From Paraspadella gotoi (taxonomy: Eukaryota > Animalia > Chaetognatha), in assembly GCA_051294375.1 (NCBI GenBank), contig CM119263.1, positions 15,540,532 through 15,604,531 of the forward strand: a stretch of 64,000 nucleotides of DNA, written 5' to 3'. Of the stretch, positions 1 to 24,253 are shown piece after piece. The notes beneath the pieces were generated by a model. That model saw nothing but the letters and a program-made list of their open reading frames with translations. It had not been told where the DNA came from and ran no database searches. The position numbers were made by a program, and so were the translations under genes. Positions within the stretch are counted from its first letter, which is position 1; each line of letters begins with the position of its first letter.

Positions 1-558
1 CACCGCTCGCTCCTACGCTTATCCTTTGAAGAGACAATATCCATTTCTCGCTTTCGCTTCACAACTAAACCCCAAACTCGATTTTTCGCACGATAACATT
101 CCTAGATCTATTTTATACTATTTTATCCTTTCGCTCTGATTTCATCTTTACAATTTTCATTTTCAAAACCTAATTAAATAATTTAAACAAAAGTTTAAAA
201 TATTTACCTATTTCAATTTCAAATCTTGTGACCTTTCTTCCGTAACAATTATTGTCTGAAGACCAGACGCCCCAACCCCTTTTTTTCCCCAAACGAAAAC
301 GTTGGTTCTTCTCTTCGTCGTTATCGTCGTCGTCGTCGCTAGCTCTTGAAGACCGCAGCACCAGCCGCTCTCAGACGCCGCAGCTTTCGTCTCCCCCCCT
401 TCCCATACCCCGTCGCCGCAGCCACGAATCGCTCGGGCGCCCAACTGCGCGCCCGTTAACGGCTCACGCGCCCGGGATACGGCGTTGCATGAGGCTGCGT
501 CGGCGGAAGCTGCTGCCGCGTCGGCGTTCGTCGAGGCCCAGTGAAGGCCGCACGCGGT

Positions 559-682
559 GAAGAAGAAGAAGAAGAAGTGAAAGAAAAAGATGAAAGTAGA
601 GAAGAACGAGAAGAACGAGAAGCAGAAGAAGAAGAAGAAGAAGAAGAAGAAGAAGAAGAAGAAGAAGAAGAAGAAGAAGAAG
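559..682. repeat. (AAG)n trinucleotide microsatellite, partly degenerate
   Basis: Long gaagaagaag run, which explains the poly-K and poly-L ORFs in the track. Confidence 0.95.
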
Positions 683-1023
683 AGCGATAGGATGGAACAA
701 CAAGCAGGAGTTCAACGAAAAAAAAAAGCGGGTCCCTTTAGAGATAAAAACTCGTCGGACGTGAAACGTTTTTATGATTTTGGCGAAAAAGAAACGACCA
801 ACGTTGGTGACGTCGAATAATCTACATTCGCGCGAAAAAAAACAAAAAAAAACGCCATCGCGTTTCCTTTTTAAATTCAATTTTTATTATTTAATTTTTA
901 GTTTCACAAAACCGCCATTTTTTCTTCTTGGTCGATTCCGTTTGGAAATACGATTCGAGAAAGATAATCTCGACCAAAGCCAAACGGACACCATCGAGAG
1001 AATTGATAATCTCATAAATCTTA

Positions 1024-1063
<40 letters not shown>

Positions 1064-1248
1064 CTCTCTCTCTCTCTCTCTCTCTCAAACATAATTCGGT
1101 CCAAAATTTTTGTCAGATATAACTAATATTAAACTTTCATTCAAACAGACTCATGAAATGATTCTGCAGCAAAACAAAAGCACATAGATGCGTTAACGAG
1201 CCATTTCAATCACCGACTCATAAGTTTCTTCTAAAAAAAAAAAGGAAG

Positions 1249-3011
1249 ATGCATTCGCGAAAACTCTCGCTTTTCGTCTTCTTTTTGTTCGGAGTCTTCA
1301 ACTTGTCCCAAGAAAAGAAAGTGAAACCGTTAGAGAGTTTCACGGTGAAAGTCTGCCAGGACGTCACGGCCAACAACATCCAGAGCCTCAAAGACGTTCG
1401 TTTTTACCCGAATTTCAAATCGGAGTGAAATGAAAAAAATCATTATATATATTATTACTCTTAACTGACTCAAAATGATTCATATTTGATCATTTCATTA
1501 GTTAGTAAAATTCCCTGACGTTTATGTTCCTATATAACAAATTGAGAATACTTTACATCATAACAACTGGTGCGCTTGCTTTCCAGCAGCTTTTTTTTGC
1601 AGAATTTCTCCCTTTTTTTTGATAATTCAATTTGAAACTCATTGTGAAAAAAAGTTAGACGAATATTATAATTTATTTTATATTCATTATTTAGTATAAT
1701 ACCTGGGGAGCATGAAAAAAAACTTTCATTAATATATTTCAAGGTTTAGTGAGGTAACAGGCACTTGCCAGATCAATGCTCTTTTTCATTTTCTTTCAAA
1801 GCTAAAATTTTTATTTTCTATAGGTTTTAACTAGAAAAAACTATAAAATGGAAAGGGCTGCGAAAAAGTTTTTTACATTTTGATTGCACAGACACATACT
1901 TTATTGTCTATTTTTAAAAATTTAATTTTATTTAATAAAAATATGTAAGGTGCTATTCAAATTCAAACTAAGAAACTAAGCAAGCTGGACTACTGGGAGT
2001 TAAAAAAAAAAATGCGTCAGAAATTTTTTTTACTAGGCCCTAGTCTAGGATGCAATATTTGAAGTCGCTATAATTAATAATTAACCACTGTATTTGATTT
2101 TTTTCATTTCACTCACATTTGAAATCCGTGTATTTAAAAACTTTTATTTATATCATAATTTGAAATACGAAATTTAATAAGAAAAATATTTTAATTAAAG
2201 TTAAATATAGGATTATGAAAATGAAGCGCCTTTCTCTCCTAGACTAAAATAAATTATAACAAACAAAGTATACCATTTGATCCTAGGAAGAAAACCTCCA
2301 CGAGAATTGCGCCCTCCGAGTCGATCTCCCCGAAATCTTTTTCGATCCGAAAAAAGAAAAAGAAAAGAAGAGAATCTTCAAATTCATCGCCTTCGAATTT
2401 GCCAAAACCTCCAATGGATATGACCAGGAGGAAATTCCAGAGTTGGGGATGTCGACATTCCAGGTTAATTTATCCATCGATTAAATTGGTAGTATTAGTT
2501 TTCAGCAATTACAGTATATTAGTCCTCATTGATTGAATAATGAATATGAATACGAATAAGGAATAACCTTAGATATCGTTTTCCTCTCAGATCACCAACC
2601 AAATAACTCGGTACGACAAACCTCAATGCAACAAGACGACCAAGGTCAGTCAAAGGATTTCATACAGTAAATAATCGGGAGATATTTCGGGTCTAACGGG
2701 AGAGAGAACAAATATTCAAATATTCATCCGTAAGAAAGGCATAATAAAACAAGGCAATTGTTTTGACTAAAGAAAGGGTGCGAACCGAGACACTCAATAT
2801 TTTCACAGGGCAACCCTAAGAATTGCAAGGAGGTGAGGCGCAGGTCCAGCATGGAGTTTTTCTCGGTTCCATTCGAAATGGACAAAAAGTTCCATCGAAC
2901 CTACGGTCAGTTCAACGCAGGATTCAATGAAGAAGGGGACGAGGAAAAGTACCTCATTTATCACAAGGACGGTGAGTTATGGGGAAGGGGAGAGAGAGAG
3001 AGAGAGAAAGA

Positions 3012-3083
<72 letters not shown>

Positions 3084-4615
3084 TTTCGAAAAACGAAACT
3101 TAGAAAAAACTTTTTTTTTCCTTCTCAACCAACAAGAAACGGGTAAAATTTGTTGTTTTGTTTGTTAGATGCCGTCCCGCATCACTTTGTAAGTCGATAG
3201 CGACCGGTTGCTCCGTTAGTCATCCTGGCCGCAACTAATTTATTGTCGATGTTCGATCGCCTATGTAACAGCATAACATTTACCCAACCTATCATTATCG
3301 GTCTAAAATAATTCGCTATTATTCGACGCGTTCGCTTTCACCATAGACTTTCCAAATCAGTCAGAAAAAAAAGCTTATGTATTTTTTTAAAAAATTTGTA
3401 ATTTTGAATTGGTTTTACAATTTTCGTATTATCCATTTCGCTTTTTTTTAAAAATTACTTTAAAGGATTCTGGTCAAATTATGTAAACCTATTCAATATC
3501 ATCAACGCAAACTAATGCCGGCTCGAAATTTTTTATCCCCACTTATGTATTGATTAATGATTATCCTTCCACCAAAGAATCCGTGTCGGCGGCCTTCGAC
3601 TACCCCGACACGCCCTACCCCAAACTCGGCGTCAACGGTGACGCCCACGTCGATCTCTACGAGGTTGACTCCCACGTCTGGATTCCCAGGTGCAACAAGA
3701 AAGAAAACCGGAACAAGTGCATCAAGCACGCCACCTGCGGAGTCAGGATTAAAGGTCAGTTTAAGGAATTGGAAGAATAAAGAGGTAAGGTGTTTAAAGT
3801 TGTTGACATCGAAGAGATTGACGAGACATCTGTCTTTACTGGAGAACATAGAACCCCAAAAATTCCATCGAAAAATAAACAAACAAACAAATGGCCATCT
3901 ATCCCGAATCCCGTCCTCATTTTTCCCCCGCTATCTTCCCCCCACCAGGGAAATCCGACGTCGAGAAAAAAGCCGACTTTTGCTGCGTCTGCATCCCGGG
4001 AGAGATGACCAACAAATATCCGACGCCCTGCGGTGTCAACGTCACCCAGAGATACGAGTCCTTTAAGAATGGCGAAGACGGTTGCCAAGCACAAGAGCAG
4101 TCTTGCCCTTACAATGTGAGGATCGAGGGAGGGAGAGAGGGCGGGAGAGAGAGAGAGAGAGAGTTACAAATCGGGATCTACTGTAAACGAAACGAGGCAG
4201 AATCAACCGATATAATTTCTTTTTCGTTTTGCACAGCCCAACCCTATGCTGGATACCAAGTGCACGAAAACTTTCGGCTCTTGTCCGATGACCTGTAAAT
4301 GCGGCACGCCAAAAGACATGCACCCATGCCTGCATCCTTTCACAAAGAAGCCCAAATACCCGTTGTACTCGGTAAGAAAAAAAAAACGTTTAAAGAAAAT
4401 ATTTTGAAATCCTTCGTCTCACTTTTTTATTTCCATGTGATTTCTTTCGACCCGAGGAATTGCGGAAGGCGAAGCCTCAAAGGAAATCGGATCACAGCGT
4501 CGGCGACGACGATGACGGCGACGACAACAAAGCGACGACGACGACTTCCGGCTTTTTCTTCACCGTCCTCACATCAGTAGTCCTCAGCGCCATGGCGGCG
4601 TCCCTTCCATTCTGA
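1249..4615 (+). CDS. Orphan Cys-rich secreted protein with probable GPI-anchor signal (~9 exons)
   Basis: ATG at 1249 starts MHSRKLSLFVFFLFGVFNLSQE (signal-peptide-like). Phase-compatible GT-AG exons: 1249-1395, 2287-2463, 2591-2644, 2809-2971, ~3169-3188, ~3560-3753 (acceptor unresolved), ~3949-4115, ~4236-4371, ~4457-4615. Cys-rich middle (RCNKKENRNKCIKHATCG, FCCVCIPG, KCTKTFGSCPMTCKCG). Hydrophobic C-terminus GFFFTVLTSVVLSAMAASLPF*. Confidence 0.75.
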
Positions 4616-4651
4616 AGATAACAAGACTCTCTTTATCTCTCTCTCTTTTCT

Positions 4652-4737
<86 letters not shown>

Positions 4738-4828
4738 CTCTTACTGTGTTTGGTAGTCCCCTCTGAAAACATTTATCCAGGCGCGAAGAAGATCCAAAGC
4801 CTCTCTCTCCTCTCTCTCTCTCACTCTC

Positions 4829-4884
<56 letters not shown>

Positions 4885-5734
4885 TCTCTTATCCTGGCTC
4901 ACAATCTATTTTTCTCTCCCTCTCTTCCTCGTTTTGCAGATATTTTTTAAATTATTAATCCGCATTTTATTACAAGTCATTTTTCATATCTTTTAACAAG
5001 CACACAGATTTGCATATAGTCACATAGCGGCATAGCTTCGAACGAAAGACGAGTAGTTAAGGCTCGTGCGAACTGCAGAAGTTGACAGTACGTTGTGTAC
5101 GTACATGTAAAAATCTGGGCAGCAACGAGACCATACGAATAAGGGCAATTTATAATTAATAATTATAAAATATAGGAATGTCTTTGCCAGTAAAAAAATG
5201 TATTTTTGTCAGTTAATGGAATCAAGTCGGTGTCCAAGTGAATACGTATCAAACAATATTTTTTTTCTTTCTCTCGTTCTCATCGAACCATTTTGACCAA
5301 AAAGACAATGATTTTTAATCGTTTCATCGCAGATTCGCTTTACTTCATTCTTCGCGTTGTACTTCTTTCAATTATCGATGTATCGTTACTAAGTGTTTTA
5401 TTTTTATATGTAAGACGTATGTTCGTTGCATTTTTTTTTAAAATTGCGTTAGTATGTAGGTAAGTAGTGGCATTAGCGATTAACGATTTTAGAGCTTTAT
5501 TTAATTCTCTCAGTTAAATTTTTATAGTCATAATTCGGAAATTGATAAAATTGTCGTAATGATATAGAATCACATGTTTGATTTCATACATCAGTCAAAG
5601 TATCATTGTATTAACTGTTATGGAAATAAAAATAATCTTCATTTTCCTTTTTCCCTGAACAATGAGGTCGAGCTAGACTGTGTCATAAGTACTTTACTGT
5701 CATCAATCAACTTATAAGAACATAACTTGCCCCG

Positions 5735-5945
5735 GAGAGAGAGATAGAGCGAGAGAAAGAGAGAGAGAAAAAAAAAGAAAGATAGAAAGAAAAAAGAAAG
5801 AAAGAAAGAAAAGAAAGAAAGAAAGAAAGAAAAGAAAGGAAAGAAAGAAAGGAAAAAGAAAGAAAGAAGAAAGAAAGAAAGAAAGAAAAAAAAAGATAAG
5901 AAAAAAAAGAAAGAAAGAAAGAAAAAAGAAAGAAAGAAAAAAAAA
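5735..5945. repeat. (AAAG)n/(GA)n purine microsatellite
   Basis: Visible aaagaaagaaag tract. Confidence 0.9.
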
Positions 5946-7296
5946 CAAACAGGTGCGGTTCCTCCCCAAAAAATAACCGGCTAAAGGCTTGGAAACGTGG
6001 AATATTATAAAAGTGGATGGCAGACACGCAACCCATGATGGTTCCGAAGCCTCTCCACTTTTTTCTTTTGTAACCATATGCATCTTCGTCCTCCTCGTCC
6101 TCTTCATCATCATCATCGCCATCATCGTCATCATCGTCTTCATCTTCATCGTCGTCGGCGTTGAACCAGACAACATCTGCGAACATCCAATTCTTAGCAA
6201 CAGTTTTTTTTTTTATATTCTGCACGCAGAAGTCCTTCGTTGTGTTAATCCTGTTCTGCCGCCCTTGGAAGGAAGAGGGCCGACCTCTGACCCAGACTTG
6301 GGTCCAGATATATCTCATTAGTTTTTCAGGCCGACTGTACAGATTATCAGTCATCGGTCGCGAGCCTTGAACGGATTTTAAAAACTTAAAAATTCCTTTC
6401 GAATGGCCGCTTATTTTATGGCAAACAATATTTTTTTTAACTTTTATTGTGCCACTGTTCCGTCGCGAGAAGAGGGTCGAAAACGACTCTGTTTACCCGC
6501 TTTTTGGCAGAGTTATGACCTTCAACTTTTTCTTGGCCAAAAAACATAAAAAAATTATGGCGTTCGAAGCAAATTCGATGTTTCCTTCGACTTGGCTTTG
6601 AATTGGTCACTGTAAGACATTGTAACCGGGATTTTATTATTGTATAATTATTTTATAATAGGATGTACGCGTCGACTCAATAAGAAATATTTTTTTGTCT
6701 TTTAGATAACAATAAGCATATCAGTGACATTAGTACACAAAAAGATCCTCATTTAACCCCGCTATTACTTCTTTGATTTTAACAGATGGGAAAAAATTCA
6801 ATTTGAGATTTCCTAACACGAAATTTTAACCGGAACACGGTTAAACCACCGCCATTGCCGTACACGACTAAAACTACTATACTAATAGTCAATAACTCCA
6901 CCGAGCGTGACGCGCAAACAATCAACAACATCCGTCACATTGATCGAGAAGAAGAACAAATATCAAAAGAAATAGAAGGTAAAAGAACCCCGACATTTCT
7001 GGATAAAGCCCTCTGCCGTTGACGTGCGATTTTACGCAAACACTCAAAACCAAAACTTAAACACAAAAACCTCGTCCCGTCTTACCACTCAAGAACCCGT
7101 GTTTCACCTTACCGTTCCTCCACTCAAAATTATAAATTGTTGTTCCTTCGTTCCAATCAAAACGCGATCTCTCCTCGTTCGATCTTATTTTTATTTCTCA
7201 ATCATCGATCGACTTAAATTTGAGAGAATCGGAAAATCTTCTTGGAAATTTCGCGTCCAAAGATTGCGCCTCACATTTCAAAGACTCGCGATTTGG

Positions 7297-10200
7297 ATGA
7301 AAGGGGTCGTCGTCTTATCGACTAACTCGGTCGAAGTCGCCAGGGCTTTGGGAACTCACGCGGGCGCCCGCGGAGGCGACCATTTAGGCGCTATCGCCGA
7401 ATCCGCCCGCCCCATAGATTTCGGAACAGGGTCAAAATCCTCTTCAAACGGGGCGCCGTTGCCTCCGCCTTTGCAACGCCGGAAATCTTCATCGGCGCCG
7501 CACCGTAAACTCGGGAGAAAAACGAAGGAGAGGAGAAAAAAGGGCGCCGCCTCGTTATCTCCTTCCTGTTCTGACGGCGCCGGCAAGGATGACAGCGACG
7601 CCGGCGGGAAAAACGGCGTCGTAGCCGGAAAGACGTTAAAACGTGGCGCCGCGACTCATCACAAGAAAAACAAGTCTCAATTGCATCAACTGAAGCGGCA
7701 ACTGGCTTTTGCCAAGGTACAACCTGAAATCTTGCAGTACACTGTTTGATTCACTCATTTTTGTACTTAACTTAGACTTGATACAAGAAGAGCAGGGTGT
7801 AACTACGTAGTTAAATATCTAAACATTTTGAAACCCATAGAGACGCCCTTCTTTATCTCGAGCAATTCTCTTTAATTAGCAATGACCTGAACAATTAATA
7901 GGGCGGACGGTCGGAGAGAGTGACGAAAACTTTCCCCTCGAGATTAATTGATTCAATAAATATTTCATGGAAACGCCTTTCTGCCGGCCAAACTTCTTTT
8001 GAAACTTTCGGAACATTTTCCGTCTCGTGTCAATAACAGTTGATGTCAGAAGGACTTCCCTCTCCTCTACTTGCCTTTTAAAGGTTTATAGTACAAAAGG
8101 GGAATGTGTTTTAAACAGAAGAAGAGAACGGGGAAGTTTGCCGAAAGAAAATAAAAAATATATTTGGCATGTTCAAAAATGAGGAGGAAAATGAGAAAGC
8201 ACCTTTAAAAGGGAATACAAAAAGAAGTTAAAACAATAGAATTTAAAAAAGAAAAAAACATTAATTAGGCAGCCGCACGAAAGGGACGGGTCAATAGCAG
8301 AATTCCGGAGAAAAATAATTAGTAAAAAGACGTCAAATGAAAATAATTAAAAAACCGTTTCGGTTCTCGTAACAACCCGCCCACCTTTTGTAAAAAACCA
8401 GGTCTCAACCAAAAATTGTGATAGTTAATTCTCAAACTCAATTCTTATTTACTTGACTTAGAATATTAATAATTTAACAATTTTTTTTGATTTGTTACAG
8501 CATTTATCTCATCGACTCGACTCTATCGAAGAAAAAAGCGACGGCCCCGACAAAAAACGAGACAGCGACGATGACGAAAACAACAACAAAAAGACGAACA
8601 ACAACATCTCCAGACTCTTCAGCATCACCAAAGCCAAGGAGGACGAAGACGACGACGACCTCGACGAACCGCCCTCTTCCTCTTCCGAAGCTTCCCCCTC
8701 CAAGTCCCTCGACTCGTCCCCTCTGAAGGCGAAGCCCCTAAATCAACTCCAGCGCGAGATCCGCGACCTGCTCCGGCAGAAGCGCCAGAGCGACATTCAA
8801 AAGGGTCTCACGGCGTACGCGACGGCGCATTCAACAGGTCCGTCGTCGTCCAGCCTCAAGGCGGGGAAGCGGTTCTACGCCAAGACCGTCTGGAGTCCCG
8901 AAGACTCTATCGCCTCGACGATTCCCCGTCTGCCCCCGATACCCGCCGCCGCAGCCGCCGCAGCATTCTGCGACGGAGGGTACAGAGGCAGGCGGAGATC
9001 GCCGGAAACCGCTTCCTCGACGACGAACAGGATGCCGAACCAACCCTTGCTCCACGATGACTCGGAGAAGTTGGAGGAAGTCTACGAGAATCCCCTCTTC
9101 AAGTGCATGAGGGGATTCAACCTAACCGAGGTCTCCCAGCTGGGGGTCAAGTGGAGGGAGATTTTGAAGGTGAGCTCGGCCAGGGTGGGTTTATCTTTTC
9201 GACGTTCCATCTAATCTTTTCTTCGTCATCGTTGTGTGCAGGTGAAGTTCAACAACCCAGGGGAAGAGGACTTTGTCAATCGCGTCCTTCAGTTGGAGAG
9301 ACATCACGTGAAGACGCGGCAAACCGAGTACGAGGAGCGACGACGCGCCCGACAAGAAGCGGCGCTGGAGGCCGCCAAGTCGGCCGAGATGCAGTTGGAG
9401 AAGATGATGCCGAAGTGGTGGACTCTGGGAGATTTACAGGTGGAACGAAATGGCGACGAAAATATTGCGAAAAATAATATTGTTGTACCAATTTCATTCA
9501 ATGGTTAATCATTTACCTTTAGAATGTCCTTCAGAGCCTAGATTAAATGTCCTTTTTCAACTGTGAGCTTACGTTTGTTCTTATTTCTAAATCTTATCCA
9601 CAATCCTCATAATCCTAATTTTCAACGACATTTCCTACTCAGGATCCTAAATATCTAGAGCGACGTCAGCGGTACAAGCGAGAAAAGCAGACGGCGTCGA
9701 CGGGCGATTCCGAGGCGGTGCCCTCCGGGACGCCGCCAACCGAGAATACCGCGACGTCAGAGGATTCCGCGACGCCGACGCGCGGGACGTCGACAGCAGA
9801 TTCCAAGGTCGACGATCCTCAGCGAGAGAAAGAAAATGGCGCCGGGGACGGCGGGAAAACTCCCGCTTCGCCGGGTCGGATCGGCGCCGGCGCCGATTCC
9901 ACGACCGCGGCGACTGACAAAAAGAAGAATGAAAAAACCCAACCTCTTGGAACCGAGAAAAGCCAAAACGGTCCCTCCGCCCCACTCCCCACTTCCTCCG
10001 GCCTCCCTACCGCCTCATCCTTCTCTTCCCTTACCTCCGTCGCTTCTTCCTGCTCCGTCATTTCTCAACCGTCTACCGTTGGCAGCGCCGGAAGCACCGG
10101 CCACGCCACCAGCGGCTACGCCAGTAACGCCAGCAATCAAAGCAACGGCAAAAACGTTCCCAGTGCTCAAATCGCCCCGAGCAAGGAGCAGGTCAAGGTC

Positions 10201-11178
10201 GACAAGGCCCCTCATATGGAGAAGGCGAAAGTGACCAAGTCAAACTCTGTGCCGAACGCCTCACGCTCGAAGGAATCGGCGAAATGCGGTCAAACCGGCG
10301 CGATGTCCGGAAAGGGAAACGGCGGGACCGGCAAGGGAAACGTTGGATCCGGAAAGCCAGTCGCCAAACAGGTGAAAAGTTAAACACTGGATGGACGAGT
10401 ATCTTGTTTGGTAGGATGGACCTGAGAATTTTATCATGAGATTTACCATTAAAATTATATCGTTTAAACATGCAGAAGAAAAAGAGAATTTTATACGCAA
10501 GGGCCGTGGCTTCATCTACGTATTTCTCTCTTTTTCCTCAGACCCTTCTTTTCTTTTCTTCTCATTCAATTCCGTTTCCATCTCCCATTGTTCTCCTTGA
10601 AACTCGAAATTCAAATTCTTATTCGAGGCCTCAAAACCCGGACGGCGACAGAAGACAACGTCGACGACGACGAAGACGAAACGCAACGTTTCGGAGGACG
10701 AATCCGAGTCGTCGATGGGATGGGAAGATGACGACGATGAGGAATACGACGAAGACGACGAAAGAATTAAGGGAAAGAAAAGGGAAGAGGTCAGTTGAAT
10801 AGGGAAAAACTTTTATTGACGATCGTAAAATATTTTTTTCCTCCTAAACAATTTTTTTTTCCTCTTGCGTCTCAGAAACAAAAGTCGGCGAAAGTCAAGA
10901 TGGCGACTCTACTTTTGTTTCGCGACGCCACCTCCTCCGCGACGAACCGCAACGCCGCGGGCTCCGCCGCCAGCGTAGGGCAACGTCTGCGGACGCCCGA
11001 TTCGTCCTCAAAGTTGCTGTCCAACTTTCTGAGCGCCCCTTCCTCCGCCAGCGCCCTCAAGGCCCACCTTATCGTCAAGGCGTGCCTCTACTGTCGACAG
11101 CAAACCTGCATCGCCTTCAAGTGCCTCGAAAACGGATACAACAGCTTCAGCAGGCGACATTTGTGGAACTCCTCGTAA
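7297..11178 (+). CDS. FAM217-like protein, largely low complexity (6 exons)
   Basis: Phase-0 exons at ~7297-7716, 8501-9169, 9242-9439, 9643-10371, 10628-10789 and 10876-11178. The segment FNLTEVSQLGVKWREILKVKFNNPGEEDFVNRVLQLERHHVKTRQTE resembles the recalled FAM217 core (RLxxLExLQxxT). C-terminal Cys cluster ACLYCRQQTCIAFKC. The gene is well supported; the family call is tentative. Confidence 0.65.
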
Positions 11179-11430
11179 CAAATCTCCGATCGACGAAGTC
11201 TCCTCGTAGTCTCGAGTTTGCGAATTATATTTTTTTGTTTATATACCAATTTATTGTTGCTTCAGTATTTATAACGAAAATACAGATTTGAAGGAATAAA
11301 TCAAATGCGATTCAACGAAAATTAATGTTGTTTTTTTTAAGTAAAACGCGAAAAAAAGACAGGCAGAGAGTATTTAAAAGAGAAAATGTAGAAAATAAGG
11401 TTATAAAAAAGAAAGAACAATCAAACTTAC

Positions 11431-23972
<12,542 letters not shown>

Positions 23973-24253
23973 GCTGGTCTTCAATTACAGCTTGGTTTTT
24001 CAATGGATGGTCGAAGCGAGCTGAAATTCCAGATCCTTTCCGTTCTGCCGTGACATTGTGTTATCATATGTTTATACGCATTTTGAAAGTTATGTTTTAT
24101 GTCTAAGATTTAATGACTTTTTATTTAAGTATTTCCCGAACCTAAAGAGATTCAGATAAAATAGAAAAGCAATAATATAAACATGTAATATTTACAAATT
24201 ACTATTAATATGTATAGGGAATGTACAATTAATACGGATACAGATAATTAATT

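Noticed and set aside
330-560. GC-rich segment whose minus frame reads SCNAVSRAREPLTGAQL...WCC, with a faint glypican-like look
   Set aside because: No start codon or clear acceptor, and the similarity is too weak. It may be an exon of a gene extending out of the window.
464-1094. Poly-Leu, poly-Lys, SLSLSL and RERERE ORFs here and throughout the window
   Set aside because: These are translations of AAG and CT/GA microsatellites.
5707-6354. 215-aa minus ORF with an acidic tract, considered as the next WD40 exon
   Set aside because: No WD signature and no phase-0 acceptor. The ORF length is largely due to (GAT)n and (CTTT)n repeats.
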